From Narcine bancroftii (lineage: Eukaryota), in NCBI RefSeq assembly GCF_036971445.1, contig NW_027212309.1, positions 1 to 39,908 on the forward strand: DNA of 39,908 nucleotides, read 5' to 3'. The position numbers were made by a program, and so were the translations under genes. Every line of letters starts with the position of its first letter. The stretch's first letter is position 1. Of this stretch, positions 24,123 through 35,019 are shown one piece after another. The notes beneath the pieces were generated by a model. That model was not told the origin of the DNA. It saw only the letters and a list, made by a program, of their open reading frames with translations, and searched no databases.

Positions 24123-24437
24123 GTTCAGCGAATATTTGTTCTGTGTTTGCTGTCACGAGCTCGGTTGACTTGTACCCTGCCTTGCAGTAGTAGATATTGT
24201 TGCTTTTCCAATCCGCCGCAGGGACTCGGAGCAAGCTGCTCATTGTGTACTTTGCATTCTGCCCCAACACTGCTGGATATTTCTTGATTCCATTGGTGAT
24301 GTCCCCACTGGCAGTGGACCATTTCTGGATGATGCTCTCAGGCTGATAATCCTTGACCAGACACAGGAGGCTGATCACTTGGTCAGATTCTCTGTGGCAG
24401 GGAGGGGCGATGAAGACTGACGGTAATGACTCAACCT
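24123..24437 (-). CDS. IgW constant exon CH1
   Basis: Acceptor cttttcag|; EVESLPSVFIAPPC...LLCLVKDYQPE...W...YYCKAGY. Extra N-terminal Cys typical for light-chain bonding; phase-1 donor C|GTTAGT. Confidence 0.93.
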
Positions 24438-24622
24438 CTGAAAAGTAAATAAATTCACAGACAGTCCTGTCAATAAATGCATGACCAACAGATGAAGCAA
24501 ACATCCAATGTCATTTCCAAATTCATTTACCGTGTTACAGAAATGGCTTCCCGACTTATGTCTCAACAGAGAGTCTATGTCTCTGAGGGAGAAAGGCATG
24601 GAATAATCCAAGGAACAGCAAA

Positions 24623-24848
24623 AGGCAGCTCGGTTAGTGTAGTGGTAGCACAACGCTGTTACACCACCACCAACTGGGGTTCAAATCTGGCGCTGTCTAT
24701 AAGGAGTTTGTACGTTTTCCCTGTGTGTGTGTGGGTTTCCTCCAACCATTCAAATTGTACCAGGGTGTGTAGTTCAATTGGGTGTAATTGGGTGGGACAG
24801 GCTCGTGGGGTGAAAACACTTGTTACCGTGCTATATGTCTAAATTTAA
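24623..24848 (+). mobile_element. V-SINE in the J-C intron
   Basis: GGCAGCTCGGTTAGTGTAGTGG head, GGGTTCAAAT B-box, GGAGTTTGTACG...GTGGGTTTCCTCC core, CTAAATTT tail. Confidence 0.72.
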
Positions 24849-25540
24849 TATTCAAAAATCCCACAGAGGAGATTTAAGCATGGCATATAAGGTGACTCTC
24901 TCCTGCAGTACTGAGGCAGTGTCCCAATGTCTGACGTGTGGGATTTTGATCAAAGTTGCACCAAATCTCTCCCTCAAATGCAACGAATGATCCTCAGTGA
25001 ATGTTTTGCACCAGAATATTGTTCACAGAAAAAAGGAAGAATTTGGCAGGAAGGTTATTGTATAAATCAGAACATTTCACCGGTAATGTTTTTGCATGGA
25101 ATGAAGTTACACCGGCCTGAATACCTGAACCTCGTCAATATGAAATGTGTGATATGGTGGCACCTGGGGACTCTTCTTCTGAAATTCAATTGAACTGACC
25201 CCACAGTGAATTTGTTCCTGCTTTACAGGTTTTCCAAATGTAGTGGCAGAGGAGCTTGATGAAGCAGGAGGGAATGTTAACATGGATAAGAAAGGAATTT
25301 GGAAATCCATTAGCCCAGTCCTGAGTAAATGCAGGAATCTTGGAAGGTTGAAAGGTTCACGGAATACACAGCTCCCAGTGTCCAGAGAGGAAATGCACCA
25401 GTTAAGAGGCAGAATCTACTTGAAAGATCTGGTTCTCATTTGACTGGAAAAGTGCAACCAATGATCATGTGGTTACTTCAGCTAATTCCTGAGTTCAGAT
25501 GGCATGAAAGCTACAAGCTTGTAAATGAGAAAAATATCAA

Positions 25541-28500
25541 GGTGTAGCCGCACGCTACTTGAAGTAAAGCTGCACACACGAGTGTAAACAGGTACGGCGG
25601 CCCCGGCCTCGGTCAAGTGTGACAGGCGGAGGCCCCGGTCCGGGCAGGGAGTGGGAGGCGGCGGTCCCAGTCCAGGCACAGGGAGAGCAGCAGCGGCCCC
25701 GGCCCCGGTCCGGGCGAAGGGTAGACGGCGGCGGCCTCGATCCGGGCAGGAGCAAGGGGGAGACGGCGGCCCCGGCCTCGGTCGAGTGGGGCAGGGGGAG
25801 GCCCCGGTCCGGGCAGAGAGTGGGAGGCGGCGGCCCCAGTCCAGGCACAGGGTGAGCTGCGGCGGCCTTGGCCCCGGTCCGGGCAGTATGGACCGACCTA
25901 GGAGGGGTGGCAGGCCCCTCCAGCCCGGGTAAGAAACCTGCATAGGAGAAGGCCACTCCGATATAAAACCTACGACCCAAGGACCTCGCAGCCACGTCCC
26001 AGCTTGCTTGGCCACGGCACACGAACCATGGGTGTAAAGGGTGGGGCCAGTACTGCGCGCACTGCACTCCACCTAAAAGCTCCTTTGCGCAGGACCGAGG
26101 ACAGGTCCACGTCCTCCCCCTCCACGTCCTCCCCCTCCACGTCCTCCCCCTCCACGTCCTCTCCCTCCACGCCTTCCCCCTCAAAAGATGCTCACAAACT
26201 CAAGCTAGCATGCTGGAACATCAGAACCATGCTAGACAAGGCTGACAGCCACCGACCTGAACGTCGGTCTGCCCTCATTGCACATGAACTCCTCAGACTT
26301 GACATCGACATAGCCGCTCTCAGTGAAGTCCGCCTGGCAGATGTAGGCAGCCTCCAAGAACGCGGCGCGGGCTACACACTCTACTGGTCTGGCAAGCCTT
26401 CGGATGAACGACGCCTATCTGGTGTAGGCTTCATGGTCAAGAGCTTCATTGCCTCCAAACTCGAAAACCTTCCGACAGGCCTCTCGGACCGAATCATGTC
26501 CATGCGACTCCCCCTTCAGAACAAGCGTCACATCACCCTCATCAGTGTCTATGCTCCAACCCTCCAGGCGGAACCAGCAGAAAAAAACAAGTTCTACACC
26601 GACCTGCGCAACCTCATCCAACGCACCCCTACAGCCGACAAGGTTGTCATCCTGGGCGACTTCAACGCTCGTGTCGGCAAAGACTCAGAAACCTGGCCAA
26701 GAATCCTGGGCAAGCATGGCGTCGGCAAGTGCAACGACAATGGGCGCCTCCTGTTGGAGCTCTGCGCAGAACAGCGGCTTGTCATTACAAACACCCTTTT
26801 TCAGCAGAGGGACAGCCTTAAGACCACCTGGATGCATCCCCGATCCAAGCACTGGCACCTCCTGGACTACATCCTGGTGCGAGAAAGTGACAAACGAGAT
26901 GTGCTCCACACCAGGGTCATGCCTAGCGCGGAATGCCACACTGACCACCGGCTGGTTCGCTGCAAGCTCAACCTTCACTTCAAACCAAAGCCCAGGAACA
27001 ATAAAGCCCCCAGAAAGAGGTTCAATGTAGGAAACCTGCAGTCAGACGAAGCGAGAGGAAACTTCCAGGCAAACCTCAAAGCAAAGCTCGACGATGCAAC
27101 CCGCCTCACGGACCCGTCCCCTGAAACCCTCTGGGATCAGTTGAAGACTACCATACTGCAATCCACTGAAGAGGTACTGGGCTTCTCCTCCAGGAAAAAC
27201 AAGGACTGGTTTGACGAAAACAGCCAGGAAATCCAGGAGCTGCTGGCAAAGAAGCGAGCTGCCCACCAGGCTCACCTTACAAAGCCGTCCTGTCCAGAGA
27301 AGAAACAAGCCTTCCGTCGCGCATGCAGCCATCTTCAGCGCAAACTCAGGGAGATCCAAAATGAGTGGTGGACTAGCCTCGCCAAACGAACCCAGCTCAG
27401 CGCGGACATTGGCGACTTCAGGGGTTTCTACGAGGCTCTAAAGGCTGTGTACAGCCCCTCACCCCAAGTCCAAAGCCCGCTGCGCAGCTCAGACGGCAAA
27501 GTCCTCCTCAGCGACAAGATCTCCATCCTCAACCGATGGTCAGAACACTTCCAATCTCTTTTCAGTGCCAACCGCTCAGTCCAAGATTCCACCCTGCTCC
27601 AGCTCCCTCAACAGCCCCTAAGGCTAGAGCTGGATGAGGTTCCCACCCTGGATGAGACATATAAGGCAATCGAACAACTGAAAAGTGGCAAAGCAGCAGG
27701 TATGGATGGAATCCCCCCAGAAGTCTGGAAGGCTGGCGGCAAAACTCTGCATGCCAAACTGCATGAGTTTTTCAAGCTTTGTTGGGACCAAGGTAAACTG
27801 CCTCAGGATCTTCGTGATGCCACCATCATCACCCTGTACAAAAACAAAGGCGAGAAATCAGACTGCTCAAACTACAGGGGAATCACGTTGCTCTCCATTG
27901 CAGGCAAAATCTTCGCTAGGATTCTACTAAATAGAATAATACCTAGTGTCGCCGAGAATATTCTCCCAGAATCACAGTGCGGCTTTCGCGCAAACAGAGG
28001 AACTACTGACATGGTCTTTGCCCTCAGACAGCTCCAAGAAAAATGCAGAGAACAAAACAAAGGACTCTACATCACCTTTGTTGACCTCACCAAAGCCTTC
28101 GACACCGTGAGCAGGAAAGGGCTTTGGCAAATACTAGAGCACATCGGATGTCCCCCAAAGTTCCTCAACATGATTATCCAACTGCACGAAAACCAACAAG
28201 ATACAGCAATGAGCTCTCTGACGCCTTCTCCATTAACAATTGCGTGAAGCAAGGCTGTGTTCTGGCACCAACCCTCTTTTCAATCTTCTTCAGCATGATG
28301 CTGAACCAAGCCATGAAAGACCCCAACAATGAAGACGCTGTTTACATCCGGTACCGCACGGATGGCAGTCTCTTCAATCTGAGGCGCCTGCAAGCTCACA
28401 CCAAGACACAAGAGAAACTTGTCCGTGAACTACTCTTTGCAGACGATGCCGCTTTAGTTGCCCATTCAGAGCCAGCTCTTCAGCGCTTGACGTCCTGCTT

Positions 28501-29440
28501 TGCGGAAACTGCCAAAATGTTTGGCCTGGAAGTCAGCCTGAAGAAAACTGAGGTCCTCCATCAGCCAGCTCCCCACCATGATTACCAGCCCCCCCACATC
28601 TCCATCGGGCACACAAAACTCAAAACGGTCAACCAGTTTACCTATCTCGGCTGCACCATTTCATCAGATGCAAGGATCGACAATGAGATAGACAACAGAC
28701 TCGCCAAGGCAAATAGCGCCTTTGGAAGACTACACAAAAGAGTCTGGAAAAACAACCAACTGAAAAACCTCACAAAGATAAGCGTATACAGAGCCGTTGT
28801 CATACCCACACTCCTGTTCGGCTCCGAATCATGGGTCCTCTACCGGCACCACCTACGGCTCCTAGAACGCTTCCACCAGCGTTGTCTCCGCTCCATCCTC
28901 AACATCCATTGGAGCGCTTACATCCCTAACGTCGAAGTACTCGAGATGGCAGAGGTCGACAGCATCGAGTCCACGCTGCTGAAGATCCAGCTGCGCTGGA
29001 TGGGTCACGTCTCCAGAATGGAGGACCATCGCCTTCCCAAGATCGTGTTATATGGCGAGCTCTCCACTGGCCACCGTGACAGAGGTGCACCAAAGAAAAG
29101 GTACAAGGACTGCCTAAAGAAATCTCTTGGTGCCTGCCACATTGACCACCGCCAGTGGGCTGATATCGCCTCAAACCGTGCATCTTGGCGCCTCACAGTT
29201 TGGCGGGCAGCAACCTCCTTTGAAGAAGACCGCAGAGCCTACCTCACTGACAAAAGGCAAAGGAGGAAAAACCCAACACCCATCCCCAACCAACCAATTT
29301 TCCCCTGCAACCGCTGCAATCGTGTCTGCCTGTCCCGCATCGGACTTGTCAGCCACAAACGAGTCTGCAGCTGACGTGGACTTTTTACCCCCTCCATAAA
29401 TCTTCGTCCGCGAAGCCAAGCCAAAGAAGAAGAAAGAAGA
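25541..29440 (+). mobile_element. RTE-clade non-LTR retrotransposon, copy 2 (longer GC-rich repetitive 5' UTR; frameshift at ~28200), in the J-C intron antisense to IgW
   Basis: Near-identical to copy 1; ORFs 26004-28247 and 28124-29374. 10-nt deletion (GTCGGGTCAG) relative to copy 1; (GAA)n-like tail. 5' boundary approximate and no TSD recognised. Confidence 0.95.
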
Positions 29441-32120
29441 ATGGGTGCTTAGGTTTTCATTACTTTAATCTTCTCAATGGCTTGAAAAGTTGTGAATCAT
29501 TTCTTAATGTTCAGTGTGTGACAAACGACATCTCCTCTATTTCCTCCACATCTGCTCCAACTCCCCCTCTCCTCTTCTCCACATTTTCCACTTCTCCAGC
29601 CTCTGCATTCAACAGATCAACCTTGGTGATTTCTGCCACCTTCAATGAGCTTCCACCACCAGGTGCATCTTCCCCTTCCCTTCCATTTCAGTGCTCTGAA
29701 GGGACTGTTTTCCTTGCACCTCCCTTGGCCACTTTTCATCTCCACATTTCACTCCCCTTACAGCACTCTCCCTGCAACCACAACACTTGCTTTTTCCCCT
29801 CTTTCCTCACTCTCCATGGATTGTTTACAAATAAAGGGATATCCAGCAAGTGGGCTTCCAAATGTGAGATAGGTGGACTTCAGGACCAACATGATCCTGT
29901 TAAAATGCAGGATAAAACTGGCAGTAGGAGGGAACCTTGGACAATGAGGGATTTCAAGGATCTGGTCATGGAAAGACAAGGAGGCACATGGACAAGTTGG
30001 GTTGAAGGGTTGGTTTCTGAGCTATGACTCCATGACAGATTTGATAGCAGGAGATTTTGTTTTGGCCCATTGTCAGAATTATCTGGAGCAGAGTTGTGGG
30101 CAAGACTAGTCTTGGCCACCAAAATAGAGTCACAGAGTCAGAGAGGGTTGAAACAGTCCCTTTGGCCCTACTTGCATGCACTGACCAGAATGTCTGACCC
30201 ACACTCATCCCACCTGCCTGCTTTTCATGTCTTTCCCTCCAAATTTATCCATGTATCAATCCACATTTTTCTTAAAACATGCCTCAACTTCCTCTTCTGC
30301 CAGCCCATTCCATACAGCCACCACCCTCTGTTTAAAAAAGTTATGCCTCATGTTCCATTGGATATATTCTGCGAATGAAAGGATAGTGAGCAAACTTTGG
30401 CCAAGATTTCAATTAGGTGGAAAATAAAATTACAAAATATTTACTTCACAATAGTTTCCTCCAGTAGATGGAGGTGAAATGTTGAACTGCAGTGCACAAT
30501 GGTGCAGGAGAAACTCAGCAGGTCACTCAGCACTGATGGGAAGTAAAGGGTAACCAGCATTTCAGCCCTGAACCCTTTGTCAAGGTAATGAACAAAAAGC
30601 AGTGCTGATATCTTGCTTCAAAGACATTATTCAACCAGATAGCAATGGCCATGATTCCCAGGTGTCAGCTTCTCTGAGGATCTGTCCTGGAGCCTCCATT
30701 TTGATGCAACAACAAAGAAGGTTCCCCAGTACCTATACAACCCAGACCTGTGTTGTGGTGAAGTGTCACAGGACAGGAGTTAGCTGGACCATAACTACAC
30801 TCAATGGGCTGAATGGCGCTGGTCTGGCCTGCTATTGGGACTCTCCCCACCCTGCCACACAGGAAAAGGTGGGACCTGGCTGGGCCTCAGGATGTTGGAG
30901 ACCTGCAGTGAGGAGCACCAAGACCTCAACACCCTATGGTTTCATTTCTGGGTCTCTGGGCCAAGAACACCCTGACACAAAGCAAACCTGGGTTAGCAAA
31001 GCTGTCATGTAACATAACAAATTTAAATGTCTGAAACATAAAAACTGACGTAAATTCTGCCACAAAAGGTACTTTGTTTAAAATAAGCGATCTACAGTTC
31101 ACTGAAACCACAAAATGTACCCCGAAGTCCTTCATCACAAATGATCTTCCCAGATCTGCCGACCGAGAGTTCCCAGATGAATGGGGACTGTGAGCCTTTA
31201 CCAGGCCCAACTTGGTAGCGAATCATAGTGTTGGAATCCCTCTTGTAATCCTGGGAAGCCCAGCTCCATGTGGAGAAGTGTGGTGAATGGCCCACTACAT
31301 CTCAGTAAACTCTGTAAAGTGGGTCTGTGCATGTCCAGGACTAACTGTAGTGCACGTGGCTGCACACTGTTGGTCCCCTTTGGAACTGCCACTCACTGCA
31401 AGCACTGTCTGATCCTGGTGAGCCTCAGCTTCATAAGGAGTCAGCAATTCAAGTAAAGGATGATCTGAGGAACCTCACTGCTCTTCATTGATGTCAGCCC
31501 TTAGTAATACAGGGATTCCTGGAGCAAAGAACTGGGATCATCTGGATGCCCTCCAGCCAATCAATGTCTGTCCATTCATCCACAGCAGAGTCATTCTTCA
31601 GCAGAGGAGTCCCCAGTGGAGGAGAACTTTGGGAACTCGGGTCCCTCCCGACATCACTAAAGCAGACCGTCTGGACTTTTTCCTGGTTCCGTTTGTGGGA
31701 CCAAGCTGCAGACAAGTTGGGTACAATGTGTCTGCACCTCAAGGGCTAGGGAAGAGTTTGGGATGTTTTGGGGATATGAAAATCAATGAAAAACACAAAT
31801 GAACTTTCACCAAATAAAAGGGTCAAAATAAAAATGAAAGAGGCTGGGTGTCAAAAATCTGACTGAAGGACTTTAATGAAAGGCCATTGATGTAAAATAT
31901 AATCTCTGTGTCCTTTCCCACAGAGGATCGGAGAGCTGCCGAGTGTCTCTGGTGGAGAGGCACAACGTCAGTGAGTGGGATTTACATCCAAGGTTCTTCT
32001 ACATCCCAAGATCTGCAGATTGTAAGTGCAATTTAATTGGGATCAGTGTTCTGAATGATGGTCAGGAGGTGAACTTGGAAAACACATCAAATCGTCAGCA
32101 GGGAGTCAAGTGTAGAGGGT

Positions 32121-32950
32121 TAGAAGCTGAGTGGGTCAGCAGGATGCTGGGATGGAGAGGGGAGAAGTGCTTGGTGGGACAGCAAGGTGCTGGGATGGAG
32201 GATGAGGAGCTGGGTGGGGCAGCGGGGTGCTGGGATGGAGAGGGAGGAGCTGGGTGGGACAGCAGGGTGCTGGGGTGGCGAGGCGAGAAGGGCTGGGTGG
32301 GTCAGCAAAATACTGGGGTGGAGAGGGGAGAAGTGCTTGGTGGGACAGCATAGTGCTAGGATAGAGGGGGGAGGAGCTGGGTGGGACAGCAGGGTGTTGG
32401 AGTGGATGGGGGAGAGGAGCCCATTGGACAGCAGGATAATGGGGTGGAGGGGAGATTTTCTGGGTGGGACAGCAGGGTGCTGGTGTGGAGAGGGGAGAGG
32501 TGCTGGGATGGAGGGGAGGAGCTGGGTGGGACAGTGGGGTGCTGAGATGGAGGGGAGGAGCTGGGTTGGACAGCAGGGTGCTGGAGAGGAGAGGTGAGAG
32601 GTGCTGGGTGGGTTAGCAGGATGCTGGGATGGAGAGAGAAGTGCTTGGTGGGACACCAGTGTTCTGGGGTGGAGAGGGGACAGGAGGTGGGAGGTACAGC
32701 AGTGTGCTGGGGTGGAGATGGGAGAGGTGCTGGGTGGGTCAGCATAGAGTTAGGATAGAGGGGGGTGGAGCTGGGTGGGACAGCAGAGTGCTGGACTGAA
32801 ATGGGTAGAGGAGCCCATTGGATAGCAGGGTGCTGGAGTGGAGGTGACAGGAGCTGGGTGGAACTGCAGGGTGCTGGGGTGGAGGTGACAGGAGCTGAAT
32901 GGGACAACAGGGTGCTGGGGTGGAGGTGGGTTTGATAACACAGTGCTGGA
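32121..32950. repeat. G-rich (plus strand) degenerate tandem repeat in the J-C intron, switch-region-like
   Basis: Recurrent unit GGAGCTGGGTGGGACAGCAGGGTGCTGGGGTGGAG, roughly 35-45 nt, with higher-order repetition. Confidence 0.92.
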
Positions 32951-33445
32951 TTTTCCAAAAGAATAACCTGGGGATGTGGGAATCAGCAGCTCGGTTTGGA
33001 TTCGGCCTCATCTCAGGAAGTGGAAAGAACATCAGAAAAATTAGGCATTTTGACTCTAAACTCTGAGCCATGTTAATACATAATGTGGACTGAAATGCTT
33101 AGAGTTCTCGAGCATCTCTAAATATTGCAATTCAAGAGAAAAGAGAAAGCAAATTTGTTCAGCTGAAAAATCACATCTCAACCGGGTTCACTGGAACCCT
33201 GGGGTTATTCAGACTTTAACCGGATCACACATGTGCGGACCTTTTCCCCAGCCAGGTCTTATCTAACAGTTATAACCACGAAAGCAGCCGACAGGAAACC
33301 CCGATTCCAGTAACTGGAGAAACCGCCCGTCTCGGGGAGATTCAAGTAATTGCTTCAATATCTCACTGGCCTCAGTGAATCAGCTCAAAGGGCAAATTAA
33401 TAAAATACAAATGGGAAAGGGTGGAATGGAGAAGTAGGGTCTTAC

Positions 33446-33490
33446 CTGAAGTCACTGTCAGCGAGGTTCCTTTCCCCCAGTAGTCGAGCG
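33446..33490 (-). CDS. JH segment LDYWGKGTSLTVTS
   Basis: WGxG motif and phase-1 donor TCAG|GTAAG at 33445. Confidence 0.96.
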
Positions 33491-33529
33491 CACACTGCTC
33501 CGTCTCCCGACTCTCCCAATACAGTAACT
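33491..33529 (+). promoter_or_regulatory. JH 5' RSS (23-RSS)
   Basis: Plus-strand CACACTG (33491-33497), 23-nt spacer, nonamer ACAGTAACT (33521-33529). Confidence 0.82.
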
Positions 33530-33854
33530 TCACTGAGCCGTCACCTCCAGTTATCTCAGCCAAGTGTCAGAATGAACCCTGTCCGGACCAGGAGCAGCCG
33601 CTTCCCAAATCTCTGTCACCAACTCCGTCCTCGTCTCTTCCTGACGAGTGAATAAAAGCAGCATTTTGGGCAGTTTTCCTGTCTGCCGGCACCGGCTCCC
33701 CCGCCCCGCGAGAAACTCAGTCGCCGGCTTTGGGGTGTTTAATTGCCGGCAAATGGACATTTCCTCAGTCTTCGGGGATGTGACCCTGGGAAGCAGCAAT
33801 GCGGGATCCGTGGAGACAGACTGCGCTGCAGACGCTCATTTGTAGGGCGGGACC

Positions 33855-33882
33855 AGTTTCTGCTCAGCTCCCCACCACCGTG
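33855..33882 (-). promoter_or_regulatory. J-facing RSS of D segment (12-RSS)
   Basis: Minus-strand CACGGTG (33882-33876), 12-nt spacer, nonamer GCAGAAACT (33863-33855). No nonamer at a 22/23-nt spacing. Confidence 0.85.
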
Positions 33883-33897
33883 GCTCCCAGTTATAGT
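33883..33897 (-). other. DH segment ACTATAACTGGGAGC (15 nt)
   Basis: Short segment bracketed by two outward-facing CACGGTG heptamers, each with a 12-nt spacer and a nonamer. Lies midway between V and J. Confidence 0.9.
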
Positions 33898-33925
33898 CAC
33901 GGTGACACACCGCCGTTCAACAACC
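33898..33925 (+). promoter_or_regulatory. V-facing RSS of D segment (12-RSS)
   Basis: Plus-strand CACGGTG (33898-33904), 12-nt spacer, nonamer TCAACAACC (33917-33925). Confidence 0.85.
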
Positions 33926-34236
33926 TCCGTCCCTCGCTCTGTCTCCGACCCCACTCTCCCCTCAGTTAAACCGTCCCGACACTGTCCCGGCTCACAGATC
34001 CCCTCCCATCCACACTGGCCAGGGGGCTGGGGCCGCCGCTTCGTGCTCCTGGTTCCGATACTCCAGTCCCATCCGCGGCGCTTGGCTCCGACCTGTTCTG
34101 TGATCGATCCCCTCGTCCTTCAACCACTCGCCTCCTATTGCAGGGAGGGTCGACGGGGGCACAGCAAGGCCGGGAATCCCTGTGGTGATCACTGCTGCCC
34201 TCTCACTCCGCGCCCTGAGGGCAGGCGCTCTCGCTG

Positions 34237-34275
34237 GGTTTTTGCAGCGGTCCAACCCCGCTTCCTCTCGCCGTG
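34237..34275 (-). promoter_or_regulatory. VH 3' recombination signal sequence (23-RSS)
   Basis: Heptamer CACGGCG (34275-34269), exactly 23-nt spacer, nonamer GCAAAAACC (34245-34237). Confidence 0.92.
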
Positions 34276-34573
34276 TCTCTCGCACAGTAATAGGTGGCCG
34301 TGTCTTCCACTTTCAGCTTGTTCATTTGTAGGTAGAAGTTGTTACTTCCCTTGGAAGCGGTGAATCTGTCTTGGATTCCAGGCGCGTAATACTTGTAACT
34401 TTCGCTATCATACGCCACCAACCATTCCAGCCCTTTCCCGGAGACCTGTTTCACCCAGGACATGTAGTAGCTGCTGAGATCGAACCCTCTGGTCTCACAG
34501 GTCAGTCTGTAGGACTCCCCGGGCTTCTTCACCGCTGACGCGACCTGTGTCAGGACGACGTCGGACCGCACGC
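34276..34573 (-). CDS. Unrearranged germline VH segment (IgW-type)
   Basis: Acceptor ttttactgacag| then (G)VRSDVVLTQ...LTC...[15 protein letters not shown]...RFTASK...[14 protein letters not shown]. Canonical V-domain Cys/Trp/Cys; followed immediately by an RSS. Confidence 0.97.
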
Positions 34574-34682
34574 CTGTCAGTAAAAGAGAAAAGAGTGGAT
34601 TTTAATGATCGGTTCAACGGCGAGAGAGTCTCCGAGAAGCAGCCGGGCCCGGCCGGGCTGGGTGAAGACACGGGGCACCCAC

Positions 34683-34728
34683 CTGCCAGACAGGACAGAA
34701 AGAGAAAGAGATAAGGAGCGATCCCCAT
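34683..34728 (-). CDS. IgW heavy chain leader (signal peptide) exon, MGIAPYLFLFLSCLA(G)
   Basis: ATG at 34728 followed by 15 hydrophobic codons plus 1 nt. Donor CAG|GTGGGT at 34682, phase 1, matches the VH exon acceptor. Confidence 0.9.
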
Positions 34729-34816
34729 CGCCCCGCGCACTGAGCCAGACTTGGACACTCCACAGATCGGCGGCTTCAGCTCAGACCGGCTTTGTCGGGA
34801 GCTGCAGTGAGCGCTG

Positions 34817-34823
34817 TTTAAAT
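34817..34823 (-). promoter_or_regulatory. TATA-like element (ATTTAAA) of the VH promoter
   Basis: Only AT-rich patch in GC-rich DNA, about 90 nt upstream of the leader ATG. Confidence 0.5.
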
Positions 34824-35019
34824 GGGGAAGGGGCCAGTGAGAGGGAGAGAGGGAACCGCGGCTTGAACAGGCTCCCGCCCACTGAAACCAGAGGGGCAGC
34901 TTCCTGTCCCCTCCCCCAGCAGAGATTTCAGTTCCCCAAAAGATGTTTGTCTGTGCAACAGGTGCAGGCCAGTGGTCATGATAAGATCCGGATTAAAGAT
35001 CTATCATACTTTTCAATTC

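Noticed and set aside
25542-25576. Hairpin GTGTAGC...GCTGCAC at the RTE 5' end as a self-cleaving (HDV-like) ribozyme
   Set aside because: Only a simple stem is evident. I could not build the nested double pseudoknot or catalytic core; a descriptor search would be needed.
30600-31760. Possible old retroelement coding remnant in the J-C intron
   Set aside because: No motif I could identify with confidence.
31943-33071. Several long ORFs over the G-rich repeat
   Set aside because: Low-complexity translations of a stop-poor tandem repeat; not credible genes.
33531-33565. Possible second D segment (CACTGAG...CTCCAGTTAT, resembling the real D core)
   Set aside because: No properly spaced heptamer/nonamer pair on either side.
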